Notes under the pieces: generated by a model
The model's database searches: none
What the model saw: only the letters and a program-made list of their open reading frames with translations
Told to the model about the DNA's origin: nothing
Shown here: in pieces, positions 27,201-42,000 of the stretch
Layout of the letters: each line of letters starts with the position of its first letter
Position numbering within the stretch: position 1 is the stretch's first letter
Origin: Lingula anatina
Lineage: Eukaryota > Animalia > Brachiopoda
Reading direction: 5' to 3'
Assembly (NCBI GenBank): GCA_051362555.1
Contig: CM120640.1
Coordinates: 54,786,788 to 54,850,787, forward strand
Length of the DNA stretch: 64,000 nucleotides
Position numbers and translations under genes: made by a program

Positions 27201-30200
27201 TTGATCAAACATAGCTGCATTAATATAATAATCTACTGAACCATTGTCAGAATAATCTCTGTTCATGAAGCTACAATGTGTACAGTATTGTGCTTATCAT
27301 AAACACTAAAAATTGCAATTTTTTTGCCTTTAAATTCTATTGGTTATATAAACAATAAAAAAATTGTTGGACAACTGCTTGTACAATAAACAGAAGCATC
27401 ACAAAAGCAAAACCATCTGAAGAAGTCCACACAGCATCAAAACACAAACGCTATCAGATGAATAGCTTTTCAATGGAATCACCACAGCTTTAAGTAAGTC
27501 ATAGGGATTGAACTACATTAGACTTGGAAATGAATCCTCTGTAATGGTTTTGCTTCCTGGAGAGGAAATCAACTGATTTCTATACAGTACATGAACTGGA
27601 AATTGTGAAAGAAATGGGATTGCCAACAAAAAATTAATTAGCGCCAGTTGCTGGATTACAACAATAAAACTTGTAAATGCACATTAAACATATGCCAGAA
27701 ACATAGTTTGGCATGTTCAGATGAAAAATGTTTAATTCTAACATTGTCGATAGGAAAAAATAGCCAATAAACCAACATTAAATTTATGCTTGCAAGTAGG
27801 ATATATGACATAAATGCATGTTTAATACATATGTTTCAGATTTTATATAAATCAAACTGCTATAAGTCCCAATTAATAGTCTGGTGATATTACAATTACT
27901 ACATAATCTATATCTTTAATTTCTTCTATTCTTATTTTTTGTATTTGTCCCATTTATTCAATATTACAGAACTTCAGAATGCTGAGAAATACTGAATACA
28001 TGTATCTACTTCTTACTTTTGTCCCTACTTCCATAAAAAATTCCCATTGCTGTTTGAATTATTACTTCCAACATCTGATCCATGCCTTTCTGTCCATTAC
28101 CATATCCATTCGTTTCATGCGAGTGTATCAAGAGACTTTTGAGCCCCTCAAAAATCTGCATCAAAATATAAAAGCCTCACAGTACAATGTCCTCCTTTAC
28201 TGTTAAAATACCCATCTTAGAAACCAGTTTTAATCAGACATTGTAATCCATCCTTTCAGTCACTGAAATTGTTTGTCAGATCAATAGATCACATCCTCGC
28301 GTTTTTTCCCCTGAAAATGTTTCTTTGTTTCATGTCACCACTAATTTTCCTATGACATAACATCCATTTTTCAGGCTCCACTGGTCCCAAACCTGTTACG
28401 CGTCAGAGAAAATGGCTAATGGGCTTTGCCCCCACTGAGGTATCATAAATTTCACCTTGGTGCTCTATTTGCTAAAAATTAGGTGGTGTAAAAATCAATT
28501 TGGTATTGACAGAAGTTCTTTCATTTTCTAAGGTAAATTGAAGTCATTGATTTTGCTGAACTAGTTTTGGGCCTTTGAGTTAAAGATTAAGAAATCTGCA
28601 GTTTAATATGTCAAACACTTTCTGTTAATTTGTTTGCTTTTCTTTTCCAAATTTTTTTTAAAACATGCTTCTTAAGTGACTTTCGACTCTCAGTTGTTCC
28701 ACTATTTATTCCTATGGTATAAAATGTCATTGTCTGCAAAACATCTGCATGTATTTTGTATTCTGCAGTTGAACTAATAGTGATACCAAGGGCACATTAA
28801 AATTTTCTGGAAAAAGTCCCAAGAAGTGCAAATTTTCTTCACAGTTCAGTATCTGTGTAAAGGTTCACTCATCACCCATGATTCTATCCTATCCTTATTC
28901 CTGTCGCCCAGTTTTTGTTACATTTAAAAAAGGTGTCATTTCAGTCACAAATATGCATAAATTTCCAGTATATCTCTATAGGTAGCCCAACACTTTTTTA
29001 TCCCACAGACTTCTACTTTTGGTACTATTCAGCAAACCTTATTAACATGTATAGCCAGGAAAAATATCCTAATTGAATGTCAATTTCAAACCAACCTCTT
29101 GATTCAAGTTAGAATCTGCTCCTACATGTGGAACTGGTGGTCTATAATGACCAAAAAAATCACAAGGGCTTGAAGTGCTGTATGGCAATCAACAAGGACA
29201 GAAAACCTTTTCCATATCTTTCCAATGTAACATTGCCTCTCTGCCAGCATGGGGTTGACTTTGTGGTGATCCAAATGCTCTGCATATGTCATAGGGTTAA
29301 CCACCTCAGTTCTGACTTCATGCTTTTTCTCATGTAGTCCACCAATCAAATACCTATTATTCAAATATCCAATTGCAAAAATCTTTGGCAACAGGTGTAA
29401 GTCTCTTAAAGCATTCACAACTATCTTTAAAAATCCTTCCATATGTGGGGTGGTTTGCTACTTTAGTTTTGCCAACTGTTATTCTCACAGCTTGGAAACC
29501 ATTCATATCAGCCTTTTCATTTGACTTTATCAATGGCATAAAGATAGAGCTTCAGTTACAAAGTCCCTGATAAGTACCTCAGTGGATTAATCAATCCAGT
29601 GTTTAATTGAGATCTGTGAGCTGCTCAAAGGTCTGATTCCTTATATTTCAGGCTAAGGACTACTGTTTTCAGTTATTTTTCCCCATATTTTGTACATGTG
29701 AAGGTGCAATGTAAGCATGGAGACCATTCTTTTACCCCCTGGATACACATCTCCTACATGATCATTACACTATAAATTGTGTATCTCATTGTATATTTGA
29801 CATTGCTATCTTTATATCCTAGTTTTACATCAACTGGAGATGACTGCGGTTGAAATGTTTTCTCTCTCCGTTTTGTGAGATGAATGGTAGGCAGGAAGTG
29901 GACAAGGTCGGACAAGGGTACAAAGGAAAATAAATTCAAAATATTTCTATAATGCTGCAATTATAAACTAACATTTAAGCATCTTACCTTCTTCTAGAAC
30001 AGCCATCAGATCATCTGCTGTTTCACATTCCACCATAAACAGATTCTCCACATAAAACCCTCGTTCCTTTGACCAGCGTATGGACAGATGCTTGCTTTGA
30101 CTCGGATTCAGCAAGTCAAAAACCTAAATATGACAATGAGACTTGTGATTGCCATGTAGCAATAAGGCATATTATGAGCTAGACATATTTTTAGTATGAT

Positions 30201-33200
30201 TTTAAAATACAAAATTTGTAACATTAATTTTAAAGAGCATTCTGCTTCTGTTTCATTGCTTAAATAATTCACTATCAGACTGAAGACATTATCAACCATA
30301 ACAAAAATGGCAATCAATCATTTTACTTCTTTCATCTTGGAATAATGACAATGTAATAAAGTTACATATAGAGAAAGTAACAAGAAAACAAAAAAATTTA
30401 AAAACTGAGGTGATTTTACATTAAAGGTTATCTGACCTGTTCATTGTATATTTCTAGGTAGGATGCTTGAATAGTGAAAGTGCCACTATGGGGTTTGTTT
30501 AAACTGTCTACTAGGTAGCGAAATGATCTTGGGATAAGGCCATGGAGCTGCTCATTGTGGTTCTCAAGATTCTCATCAAGAAACTGAAATTTAAAAAAAA
30601 TATATATGGTAAGAGATTGAATTATAAAGTAAAAATAACCATATTTAGCACTTAACACAATTTCCCATTGTGCTGGGTTGAGCCAATAGTTTTTTCAACT
30701 AACACAACTGCACAGTTCTCACCTGTCATAAGCTACACATGAATAAAATGTCCACAAATATCTTCCTTTTAAACCCCTTAAAGGTTAATTTCTTAAACTG
30801 TCAATGTAACAATTTATCAGTCTCATATAGTCAAACAAGACTGGATGAAATTCTGAAATGAAATGTTATGTCAGAGCAGGCCAGTAGCTGGGGGGGGGGG
30901 GGGGGGGGGGTTTAGAAAGAACCGCTTTTTTGTTGAAAAAAGGTCCACTCTGGGTAAAATTTTATCTATGTACATGGGTTTTTTTACGGTAAAAGGTCCA
31001 CATTTTCAGAAAAAGAACCCCCCATTTGAAATTGCAGGCTACAGGCCTCCAGAGATAACAGACTATACTATAGTAATCTGATTGAATCAGGGTTACTTTC
31101 ACTGCATACAACTCAATACTTTTATCAGTTTGTATCAGGGGAAGGAAAAACAAAGTTAGCCTTTTTTTATGTAACATGATAAAGAGAAAACAATCATGTG
31201 TGTGAACAAACTGAAAGAAAATGTCACATTCCATTTCATGGCATCAGACAGGCTGTGGGTATTGAGCAATGAGGACTGGATGTGACAAAGCATAATGATT
31301 TTGTACCAGCCTTGTTTCCCTGACTACCACACCCCACTGAGAAAACTAATTAGCATGTCAGAGAACGTAAGTAGGAACTCTCAATATGACTCCTATTACA
31401 GGATGTGAAGGGTAATTTCAAACTTCACTTGTGACATATTTGGCTCCGGTGGTGTATTCTTATCAGAGTTTATTTTTGGGGGGGAAGAAAATTATGTTTG
31501 ATTGGGGCCGTTTGATAAGATCATCATCTACACCAAACACATTGCTCCATTAACCCAGGGAAACAGCGAGCAAAATGACTCAATTATTTGCAAGTGCCCT
31601 TACATCCACTTAAACACTGAAATATCATGGAGTAGCATACAATATGTAGACCAATTATCTAATGTGATGAGAATTAACCAGCCACATACCTGCAGCTGCC
31701 TTATTTTCACTGTGTGCCAATGTTTGTGGGTGTATGATACACCTACATATACTGACTAATGTGACATGTAGACTAATCAGTACATAAAAATCATAATTGT
31801 GTCCCAGGAAATACATTTAGCTTTAAAAAAACTTTCATGGATGTAAAAAGTGGATACATCATTGGAAATATGTGTATGTATGTATATGCATGCATGGATA
31901 TTTGTAAGAAGTCTCATAACCAGACAATTATTGTTTATCCATTCATTAATACATAAATGAATACACAGTACAAAACTGTTAATTTTTATTACAAAAATAC
32001 TGAACTTTGCCAGAATTTCAAAGATAGATTAACAAAAATGAAAATTAGTGAAAAAATACTTTTCTAAAATTTGTTTATCTCACCTTTAACACTTTATATT
32101 TTGCTTTATAAGCAGATGGGAAAAAATCAGTCAATCTTATAAATAGATTGTCTTGTGGAATATTGCTTTGAATTTACCATAATGTTTTCAGTAAAGCATA
32201 ATATATATTTTCATGTGAGTGTGTACAGAATTGACAGAACTGTCAAAAAGTGTGGTCTTGCCTCTCATCAGGGTCAAGTGACTTGGCATTTTATAAGATT
32301 AGGCAGCATGAGGTATTCAATGTTGTATTGATTACGTCTGAAGGTTCTTATTAGTTGGACAGACACTGAGGTTCGAAATGGGCTTATATGAATGAAAACT
32401 TGGAAAATTCCAAGACTTTATCAATCAACTGATGACTTGTGTCAATTTTTTGTCAATTGAAAATATATTTTGAAAGACGTTTCTTTAGTAAACTGACATC
32501 TTGAAAATTAAAGTAAAGTTTGACCATCTTTGAAATAAAAAGCATTGAGCATTGTGGACAACAGGCGACCTTGTACTTCCTGAAGCAGGAAGCTGACACC
32601 ATGGGGAAGGACCCACTTTAAGGCCGGTGATAGTAAAAGGACCAAAGTCATAGAAACAAAGCCCTGGGCTTATAAGTTTTTATAAAAAATTAAAACATAC
32701 TTCCCAAAAGGCCAATTAAGACGGGGATTAAGTACAGTGTCCAACGGATGACGCTCTGGCGCCAATTTGAGGGGAAAAATGCCGTTTTCGGTATTGGGAT
32801 TTTCTCTATAACCAAGACAGCTATTCAAGTGATTCAAAAGGCCTCATAAAGCTGGGTGAAAGCACTACAGCGTGGTACCAGGGAATTGTCTTAAACTATT
32901 TACTTCTGATTTTATCATCTTTTACGTTAAATCAGCCCATATTTCAATGGGTTATTCACTTCAAAAGGCAATAACTTTCAAACAAACAATTTCCTTTTCA
33001 ACCCCTGATATCATGCTGTAGTCCACATTCCTAACAACAATAGGTGCAACTTTTGTAACGATAGGTTGCTCAGATAGTGAGATATACTTGGCAGCGATTC
33101 ACTTATCTCGTCAATATAGAAAGCTGTTAAAACAGCCAAAAACGTTCACAGGTTGGTTAACAGGGCTTATTAGTCAAATGCTTAGCTGGCAATTTTACCT

Positions 33201-36200
33201 GTTATCGGTTATACGATCAGATGGAACCATTGCTTATTGTCATCTAAAAATATTTTGTTTGGGTGCTTTGAAGGGGCAGAAAATCGTGCTTTTGTTACAT
33301 TTTCCGACCACTCGTTAGGCATGTAAGCGTGCCGCCATTTTGATTGACAGCTCTGGAGAGGGCCCTAGCCTAGTGGTGCCCCGTAGGGTGTCAAGGATAT
33401 GTAGAAGGAAGCGCTAACAAAGGCGATTACGTTTAGCCGCAATTAAGAGGTGTGAAGTTGCATTTGAACGTTTCAATGGCTCTTCCTCGGCAATCGAGTA
33501 ATTTTACCTGAGAGATTCCTTCTTTGTTATCGGCAAAGTGATCAGATAAAACTGTGTCGAGAGGAAGTGTCCGTCACTTGTGTTGATACGAGTTTTTTGA
33601 CGGGTAACGCTGCAGGATTATTTTGCACGGCACTTGGTAGTCGTCAGATCAACGGAAAAATCCAGTGATTACTTCAGAGCGGTCTCGCTCAAAATGCCAG
33701 CTAAGATAAAGGGGAGACGCTCAGCTGCACAAGATTCAGCGGTAAAAGTGGCTGAGAGAAGGCTTTTGAATAAATATTTTATTTTTACACACATGACACT
33801 TAGACCCTATTTGCTTTTTACCTGCTAGCCTTGACTATTCTCGGGGTCTTTTTGTGATTTTCATTTTTGGACACTTGAACTCTTTCTTCCCGCTTGATCA
33901 GTGATTTTGAAATGGTTTTTCTCCAAATATCGCAAAATGCAAAGCCGCTAACATGCGTTTTTATTTTTATTGTTTTAATCATGCTGTCAATCTTTGCTTG
34001 GATTTCTCTTGTTTGGCCATTCAAATCACAATTTTTCGCGTGTCTCTCAAGCTCCATGATATCATATCTTGGAGAATAAAATTTTATTTTGTCAACATTA
34101 GATTTACCTTTTGCAAACGGCGACCAACAATCATTTCCGGTTTCGTAACGTGTCGCAGATACGCTCGACGATATATATCGCAAAAATTAAAGGCTAGGCT
34201 AAAAGTATCCTTTTTTAGCTTTTTTTATTTATGTATTTATCGATTTTTCTTTCATTTGTCAATTAATTTAGACGTTTCGATTAACTCTTTCACCCATTTA
34301 TTAGGTATACAGAAATCAGTCATCCGACTGAACAAATAGGGCCGGTTTTCCCCAACCGCCACGCATAGGCCTTACTCTCAAAAGTTTCCTTCTTTCCTCT
34401 GGAAAGGGACTTTTAACACGAACTTTTCTCTTCCCCATAGTGTACTAGCTAGACTCCTTCGCTGCTAAGCTGATGTAAGACTTATGACCTATTACCGCAC
34501 ACGTAATCGGCTTATAACTCATTAACTGTGCTCCGACCCCCTCATGGCAACGGCCCTTAGTAACAGAGGCGTGGCTTAGTTGTCAGCCTGACTGGGGCGC
34601 GTGCCGGTTGAAAAACTCATCAAAAGACGCATTTTGCGATGCAAATTCATAAAAATTATTACATCCAACGTTAGATACTTTTTTGATTAATATAAACACA
34701 CAAAAAACTCAAAAACATGATTTTAAGCGTATTTAACCCTATCACCGGCCTTAAGCCCCTTGGGTCATAAGTTTTTTATAAGAATCAAATAATAGGCACA
34801 GCAAGCATTACTGTAAGATATTGTGTCTATAAATAATACAGCATTATTTGTCTGGCTTGCTGGAACAAATCCAAGGAGATCAGACCATGGAAATACAATT
34901 TGCTACAGCCAAATCAGGATGCAAGTATGCAGCAATTATGGTAACATGAAAAGATACAAAGGTTACAGCAGTAATATTGGTGAAAGTAAAACAAAATTCA
35001 TTAAAAAGAAAAATTGGATGTACACTGTATGTGCTCAATGTATATCACAGAAGAGGCATAAGTGCTAGTTATCAGCTTTCACTACAAGTTGGTTTTAAAT
35101 GTTCATAACCCTTTTTTTATTTATTTATTGTAACATTTAATTGACAACATTCAACTTTTTCAGTGTTACTGTGCCAGTCAGCTTGTTGTGCATGTAGCAC
35201 TAGATACAGGAAGTTCTTCAGTGCACGTATCAGCAGGGAAGTGGCATTTCATAAAAAAAAAAAAAAAAAAAAAAAACTAATGACCAGCTAGTTCTTCACA
35301 TTTATAATCACATTTAACCAGCTTCAACACATAGTGAAAGATATATATTTTTCATATGATATGTTGTATGAGAGTAGAAATCAGTTTGCCCACTCACTCA
35401 CTCTGCAGACACCATGCGCACACACACATACGCACACAGTGCGATTTAAATGAAAAATGAACATAAACAATAATGATATAACTGCTGAAGTTTATTACTC
35501 ACTGTAGAGGGTGGTCCAGTGATAGTGTGTGTCTTTCCAGATCCAGTCTGACCATACGCAAATGCAGTGCAATGGAACCTGAAAAGAGAACAGAGCCAGA
35601 TTTACTAAAGCTGCCTTATTTCACAATTTGTATCAAAATATCTTATAAAGATCAACAGTACAGAGAAAATATAATGGCACTAAGAATATCTGCACGTCCA
35701 CAATACTGGGTAACAACATTGGGACATGGGTATCAAAATGTCACCATAAGGCGCCAACCTTGTGAGCACGCTTTCCGCTTAGAATATGCATCGTATTTGG
35801 CTTTACATTCCTTAATTTTGGAAAATGTAAGATTAAAAACCTACAAAAATTATCAGGAATGGGAACACTTAACTTCACAGTGTTGGGAAAGCATTCTGCA
35901 ATCCTGAATCAGTGGGTAAGCAGCGATGACATGAAATCATCTCTTGTGTGCACGCTTTCTGCTTAGAATATGCATTGTATTTTGCTTTATATTCATGACG
36001 TTTGTAAATGTAACATTAAACCAGTGTATGAAATTCAAGGCAATAACTAGCCAGACCGCCGGGCAGGTAACTCTGAAAAGATACCAGCCCGGCCATGTAG
36101 TTACCTGCCCTAGTTATGATAACCCCTAGAGTTAAGAGAGATATGCTGAGGGGGTCTAGAATGCATTCTTGGGAGAGTAATTTGGAAATAAAAGGGCAAT

Positions 36201-38990
36201 ATCATGCCTGAGGCGTGGATATTTAAAAATTGGTTGGAATTTCTACTGAATGATACATTGTCAGTGTTGGATTTAGAGGGGGTCAGGGGGTCCTGACGCC
36301 CCCCCCCCATTTCAATTTCTGCAAAAAAAAAAAAAAAAAAAAAAACTCCCCTCTTCAAATAAGACTTTTCACTTTGAATCATAGTTCTAAACCATACCAA
36401 ATGGCACCATTCACCATCTAAAATACCAAAAATTTTCAGGGCCCTTTAGCGGGCGGGGGAGGAAGTGTAGTCAATTCAGTTTATTTTCACCCTGCAGGCT
36501 GTCTCATTTCTTCTTCAATAATTTATTCATAAATTTTATTCTGATTTGTGATATCATTTGATCATAATTTTTACTTTTCTGTACAGCAACAAGTATGACC
36601 AAATACATATTTTATATTCTTGTCAAATAGATCGATCTCTGTGCTGACAATAAAGAAGAAAGAATTCAGCACGTAGGGTCCCTGTGAATATCGCTTAAAG
36701 CGGTCGGGAAAGGTCTTGCACGCTAATGGCCCATAGACAGTCCTGCAGAGCCCCGTACCTTGAATGCATCACTTATTGAGAATAGCTATATCACATAGAG
36801 GCTACAAATATTATATGGGGCTAGTACGGGCGAGTTATTGGATCGAGATGCTTGCGCTCGGTCGCACTGCGTGATACTTTCGAGTTACGGTTTTACAAAA
36901 AATGTTGCCGCTCGACTCATTGCAAATCGAAGTCACCTTCCAATGGGTCCCAATTTGTTCTCTTTCGTATGGTTTTCTCGAAATCTTTCTTATTTTTATT
37001 TATTCCCTCAATTGTTTTTCTTTTGTGAACTTCTTTATTGGACTTGATAGAATTTTTTTCATTTTTGACAGCCCAAGATGAAAGCACGTGGGAAAAGAAC
37101 TACATCTGACGCATGTCGGAAACTCGTACATTCACTCATAATATTGTGATTCAATTTTTTTTTTAATTCTCCTTTAATTTGCCTCCGTTGCCTTTATTAC
37201 TGTTGATTATAAGTACTTCATGTACCTGCAAGTCTATTTAATCAATATCATCACTTTTCATACTTTCACATGTTTATTACTCTCAACCTACAAATTGCTA
37301 CTCACGGTATCTCCTCTACACTAAACAATGACGTAACGTTATCTGCTGTGCACTGAAGCTGGTTAAGAACAATGTGCCTCGTTTCGAATTGTCTTTCATC
37401 CTCATATCACACAGACGGTACTTTGAAAAAGAGGCCACTGAGAGGGAGACTTGGTTACATTTCGATTCTTAGAATATGAGTGTTCGATTGCAAGCTATGG
37501 TTAGTTCTTTGCTTCTATGAAAGTGGGTAAAAACAGTAAATTGATTTGATATTTTGCTGAAAACGCTTGTGAACATAGTCAAAATAAAAGGAGAAAATAG
37601 GCTGTAAAAATAGCCAGCCCATCGGGCGGGTTATTTGTAAATCTTACCCGCCCGGCCTGAAAGTTACCAGCCTCGGGCTGGCGGGCAGGCGGCCATTTCA
37701 TACACTGATTAAACACATATAAAAATTTTCAGGGAAGAGTACACTTAACTTCACAGAGTTGGGAAAGCAAACTGCGATCCTGAATCGGTGGTTAAACAGC
37801 GCTGGCATGAAATAATTTTTCGTGAATTATACTAAAAATTGGGTACCGGATATATTTAATTAGTCATTACATCATCAATGGAAATCTCCACTATTTATGC
37901 TAAATCCCCGGGCCGAATTTGAATGGGGAAACGAAGTTGTGGTTTTGCTGTCATGCGAGTCTGAGGGAAACAAAACAAGATTGGGTCATAACATCTGTGA
38001 TTACACGCTCAGATGACAGGATTTATTTACACATTGTTGTTTTATGAAAAGCAGAGTGTTTCAGGTATTCAAATCCCGAAATGGAACGATTTGTATAGTT
38101 CAAGTGTATGGAAGATAATACTTTGTACTGAAGTTAAGAACGGAAACGATGGTAATGCACAACAACCGGTTTTCTTCACCCATCATTATTTGCGTTGAAA
38201 AGCAATTTTGTTTTTTTTCTAGTGTGTGTGTGCTGTAAATGATCCCTGAGGTGACCAAAAAACATGACAATACTATTCTTAGAGCTTTCTTTTCCATAAG
38301 GTACAGCTGAAAAAAATGGACTGGTATGTCTGTGTCCCAGATTCAAGTGCTGAATTAAAAAGTTTAAAATACACAGCAATGTTTGGAAACACAAATTTGT
38401 TTGTTATAATAAGATAAATCCATCCCCTTTTCACATGAAAGCACCCCCAATGTAATTCATAGGAATATTTTGATAGACTTTCAAAGATGATAACCCCTTG
38501 TTGTTAACCAGTATCGTGGACGTGCAGATATGTATAATTTTAAATTACAAAAACCCAAAAATGGCTTTTAACTGACAACACAATTAATCCACTTAAATAT
38601 TTTCTTTAGCCCATAACTGACAACACAATTAATCCACTTAAATCTTTTCTTTAGTCCACAGTCTGATCATGCATTAATTACTCAACTTACCCATTTATAG
38701 ACATATCAATAAGTTTCTTGACACCTGAGTGCTCAAACACATCTTCTTGCAGCGCTTCTGTCTCAAACACCACATTAAATGTAAAGGACTTTGTTGATCC
38801 CCAGTTTTCAATCTATGAAAAGAATTTTTTATCTCAAAGATGGCCATTCAACATAGCATCAAAAGGTTTCATAATCTTTATGTAAATAAATAATAAAAAA
38901 TCTCTTGCATGTGCATTGCTATTTTTTCTTCAGCCGGGTGGGTTTTTAAAAATCAATATTTGCACTGAATCATAAGTTTGAATATGCGCT

Positions 38991-39033
<43 letters not shown>

Positions 39034-42000
39034 ATTTATGGGTCTGAAAACATTATAATGTTAAGCTCACTGTTTAAATGGAGCACACTTACCCACACTG
39101 CACCATCACCTGGAAACTTGATGATGTCCTGATCTTTTCTTTCACTCTCAACTTTGTTGAGAGGGCGCACTCTGCAAGCAGAAAAAGTATTAACATATTT
39201 GGAAACATTTCACTTGCTGTTAGATACACAAAAAGGCTAAACTTAAACCAAACAGTAGCCACACAGAATGCATTTCATTTCAGTTAGTGCAAACTTTCAA
39301 TGTTTAAATTTGATTATGTACAAAAGAAGTTCAAATCCAAAACTGCTTAACTTTGTTTAACAGCGCACTTCGTCATTTACCTTAGCAAGGTCAGTTATGT
39401 GAATGTTAAAGAAATGTAATTTGAATTAAAACATTTTCAATTCCACTGCAATAAATATCAAAATAGGTTATTTAGCCAGGTTAATTAAATAATAAAAAAC
39501 TACTTTCAGATTGTTATTACATGACTGTTAGGTTATCTTCCTGTGTAAGAATGACTGCATAAAACAAACTTTTATTTGAAATAAAAATAATGATAAAATT
39601 CAATATAACAAATTTTCATATAGAAAGTAGAATTAAAAGACTCATCTCCAAAGAAAGGTACGTTAGCATAATTGAGAAGGTCACCCCAATAGAAAATGCC
39701 TGGCCCTGGCAAGCATAGTAAGAATTTATAGAGGAGAATTTTTGTTTTATATTGGATCAAAAAGAGAAGAATTTTGAACGTCTAGTTATGTAAATGATGT
39801 TGCTCCCATTCTACTGATATGTACCTGACTACCACATTGATATTGTCTGTTTCACTGGAGTTTTGGGAATCATCTGAAGTTGTTGTAGGACTTCTTGTGG
39901 TAGCGCCAACATGGTTTCTGAAAAGATAATAATATTTGAGAAAATCATGTTGTAGGTCATGTTGAAGGTGAATAAGTGCTGTAACAAATATCTACAACTC
40001 TTTGCTGTGTCTTGTCAAAAGAGTGACAACTTTGGTTGAGAAAAACAGAATAGTGCCTGAATACACAGATACAAAAATTTTGTCTTATAAAAATACCCAT
40101 TTTTTTAAATCATGTAAAATTAATTTTTCAAAAAAACATCAAAATATCTTATTATGAAATGGACACCAATTTGTTTTATCAGCAGAATATGCCTTTGCTA
40201 CCACCTATACAACCTATAATGAATTAATTGTCTTATCTGTTCCTAGTATAAAAGCGGATGCACTTGTCAAAATGTATGGCAGCGTTCACTTGATGATATT
40301 ATGGAGTGAGGCAGTACAATAAAAATTTAGAGTCTGGTACAAAAAATGTGCCTTTTTTTTTTTTTTTTTTTGGTTACTTAACAATATGCTAACAGTATTT
40401 AATGCCCCACTGCTTCTTTAGGAGAATTTATTTATGTAATACAAAGGACTGCATTTTATCACATAGTCAAAAAAATCTGTGCAAGTTGTTCCATACGGAG
40501 GTGCACACCAGTAATGAAGGGTTAAGATAACATAACAAAGGTTAAGTGGTCAGTGATTGTTGTTCCTTTTAGCTCTATACCTATGTTATTCTTACCAGCT
40601 CTATTTACTAGTCAGTACCCTGGTAAATCAGCCTTGGGTGGTTTGTGAGATTTTGTCATAACTGCTGTTAGCTTTTATGTACCAAAATGATGATACATGG
40701 CATTTCCATTAATACCAAATCGGCGGCAATCACGATGAGAATTATAATGGATTCCTTTAATATGCATTTATCATTATATCTCACAGAAAAAAAACTATTT
40801 GCAAATCTATGCATATATCTGCCAAAGATTTCTCAATTTTTATGACTTCAAATATATTTTGTAGAAGGCTTGGAGCGCATTCAAAACAGGTGGTCCATGG
40901 ACTAAATATGACCAACCCCACTTTAAAGCAGAGCTGCTTAATTCCCTGATGGTCTCTCATTAAACAGACCGTTAAACTGATTGAATCTTGGCTCAGAGGT
41001 GTAATTGCAAGGCCCCCTACAGCAACAGCACAAGTGGAGGCAGAGAGGCCATCAGGGATAAGTCAGGGCTGCTTTTAAGTGAGTTGCCCATTTTAAGTCT
41101 GTGGATCTGTTAGTCTGCAGATCAAATTGTTCTGAATGCCCTCTTTTTATTGAACAACAACTCTACCATTGCTGGAGTGTCTGGTCATAAAATATCTTTT
41201 CTAAATTCCATAGTATACCTATATTTATCTTAATTTTGACTGCTCAGTTTCTTACAAAACAGTTTTCAATTTCAGCTGTGTATCATAATTTGACATTAAT
41301 GAGCTTACTTCTTTCTTGTATCAGCATGCCAGCTACAAACTCTCTGTCTGTGGGCCATATTGTTCTTCTCACAGATTTTATTACATGACAAACTGATTTT
41401 GAATTAATTGCTTCAGAAAACAATCCATCTGCCATATGCTATTTACATTTCTAATGAAATATCCAGGATCAGAGATAAACCATGATACATTGCTGTGGCA
41501 AATCCAAGCAAAAAACCATGTGTAAACATTTAAACTAGTTCACATAAAATGCGGCAAAGTAAGTACAAAAGCCCCTCATCAACCAAATGCTAATACACTG
41601 AAGAGTAAAACGATGTCACATACTATTGGAGGATAATTTGTACAAGCAAAAAGGGGGGAAAAAGGCACAATTTCATAGCAACATCTACTCCATTGTCAAT
41701 TCAAACTTTGGTTTTAAGTGCATTGTAAATAAAATTTTATTGTTTGTTCCCACATCTTTCTAAATGAAATCCATCCAGGTATCAAAAACTTTAAAAGAAA
41801 CACTGAAAGAGCACTGTTCCATACCTATACAGCTATATTGACATACCAGAGGGTGCAGTGAAATGGCAGGCATTCAATTTCAAAATCTTATCAATATTTT
41901 GATATCAAGGTTATTGTCATCAGTTGTACCTAAAACCTGCAACCTTGATAAAGTACCACACTGTCTAATATTTCTATAAACTCATAACCTATGGAAATAA

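Noticed and set aside
29095-29570. Overlapping short ORFs as a pseudogene
   Set aside because: No recognisable protein similarity in any frame.
26853-29988. Giant exon as an in-frame cassette within a full-length motor
   Set aside because: The only phase-1 AG I noticed near its start (CTAATAAAG|AG) lacks a pyrimidine tract, and the good acceptor gives an immediate stop.
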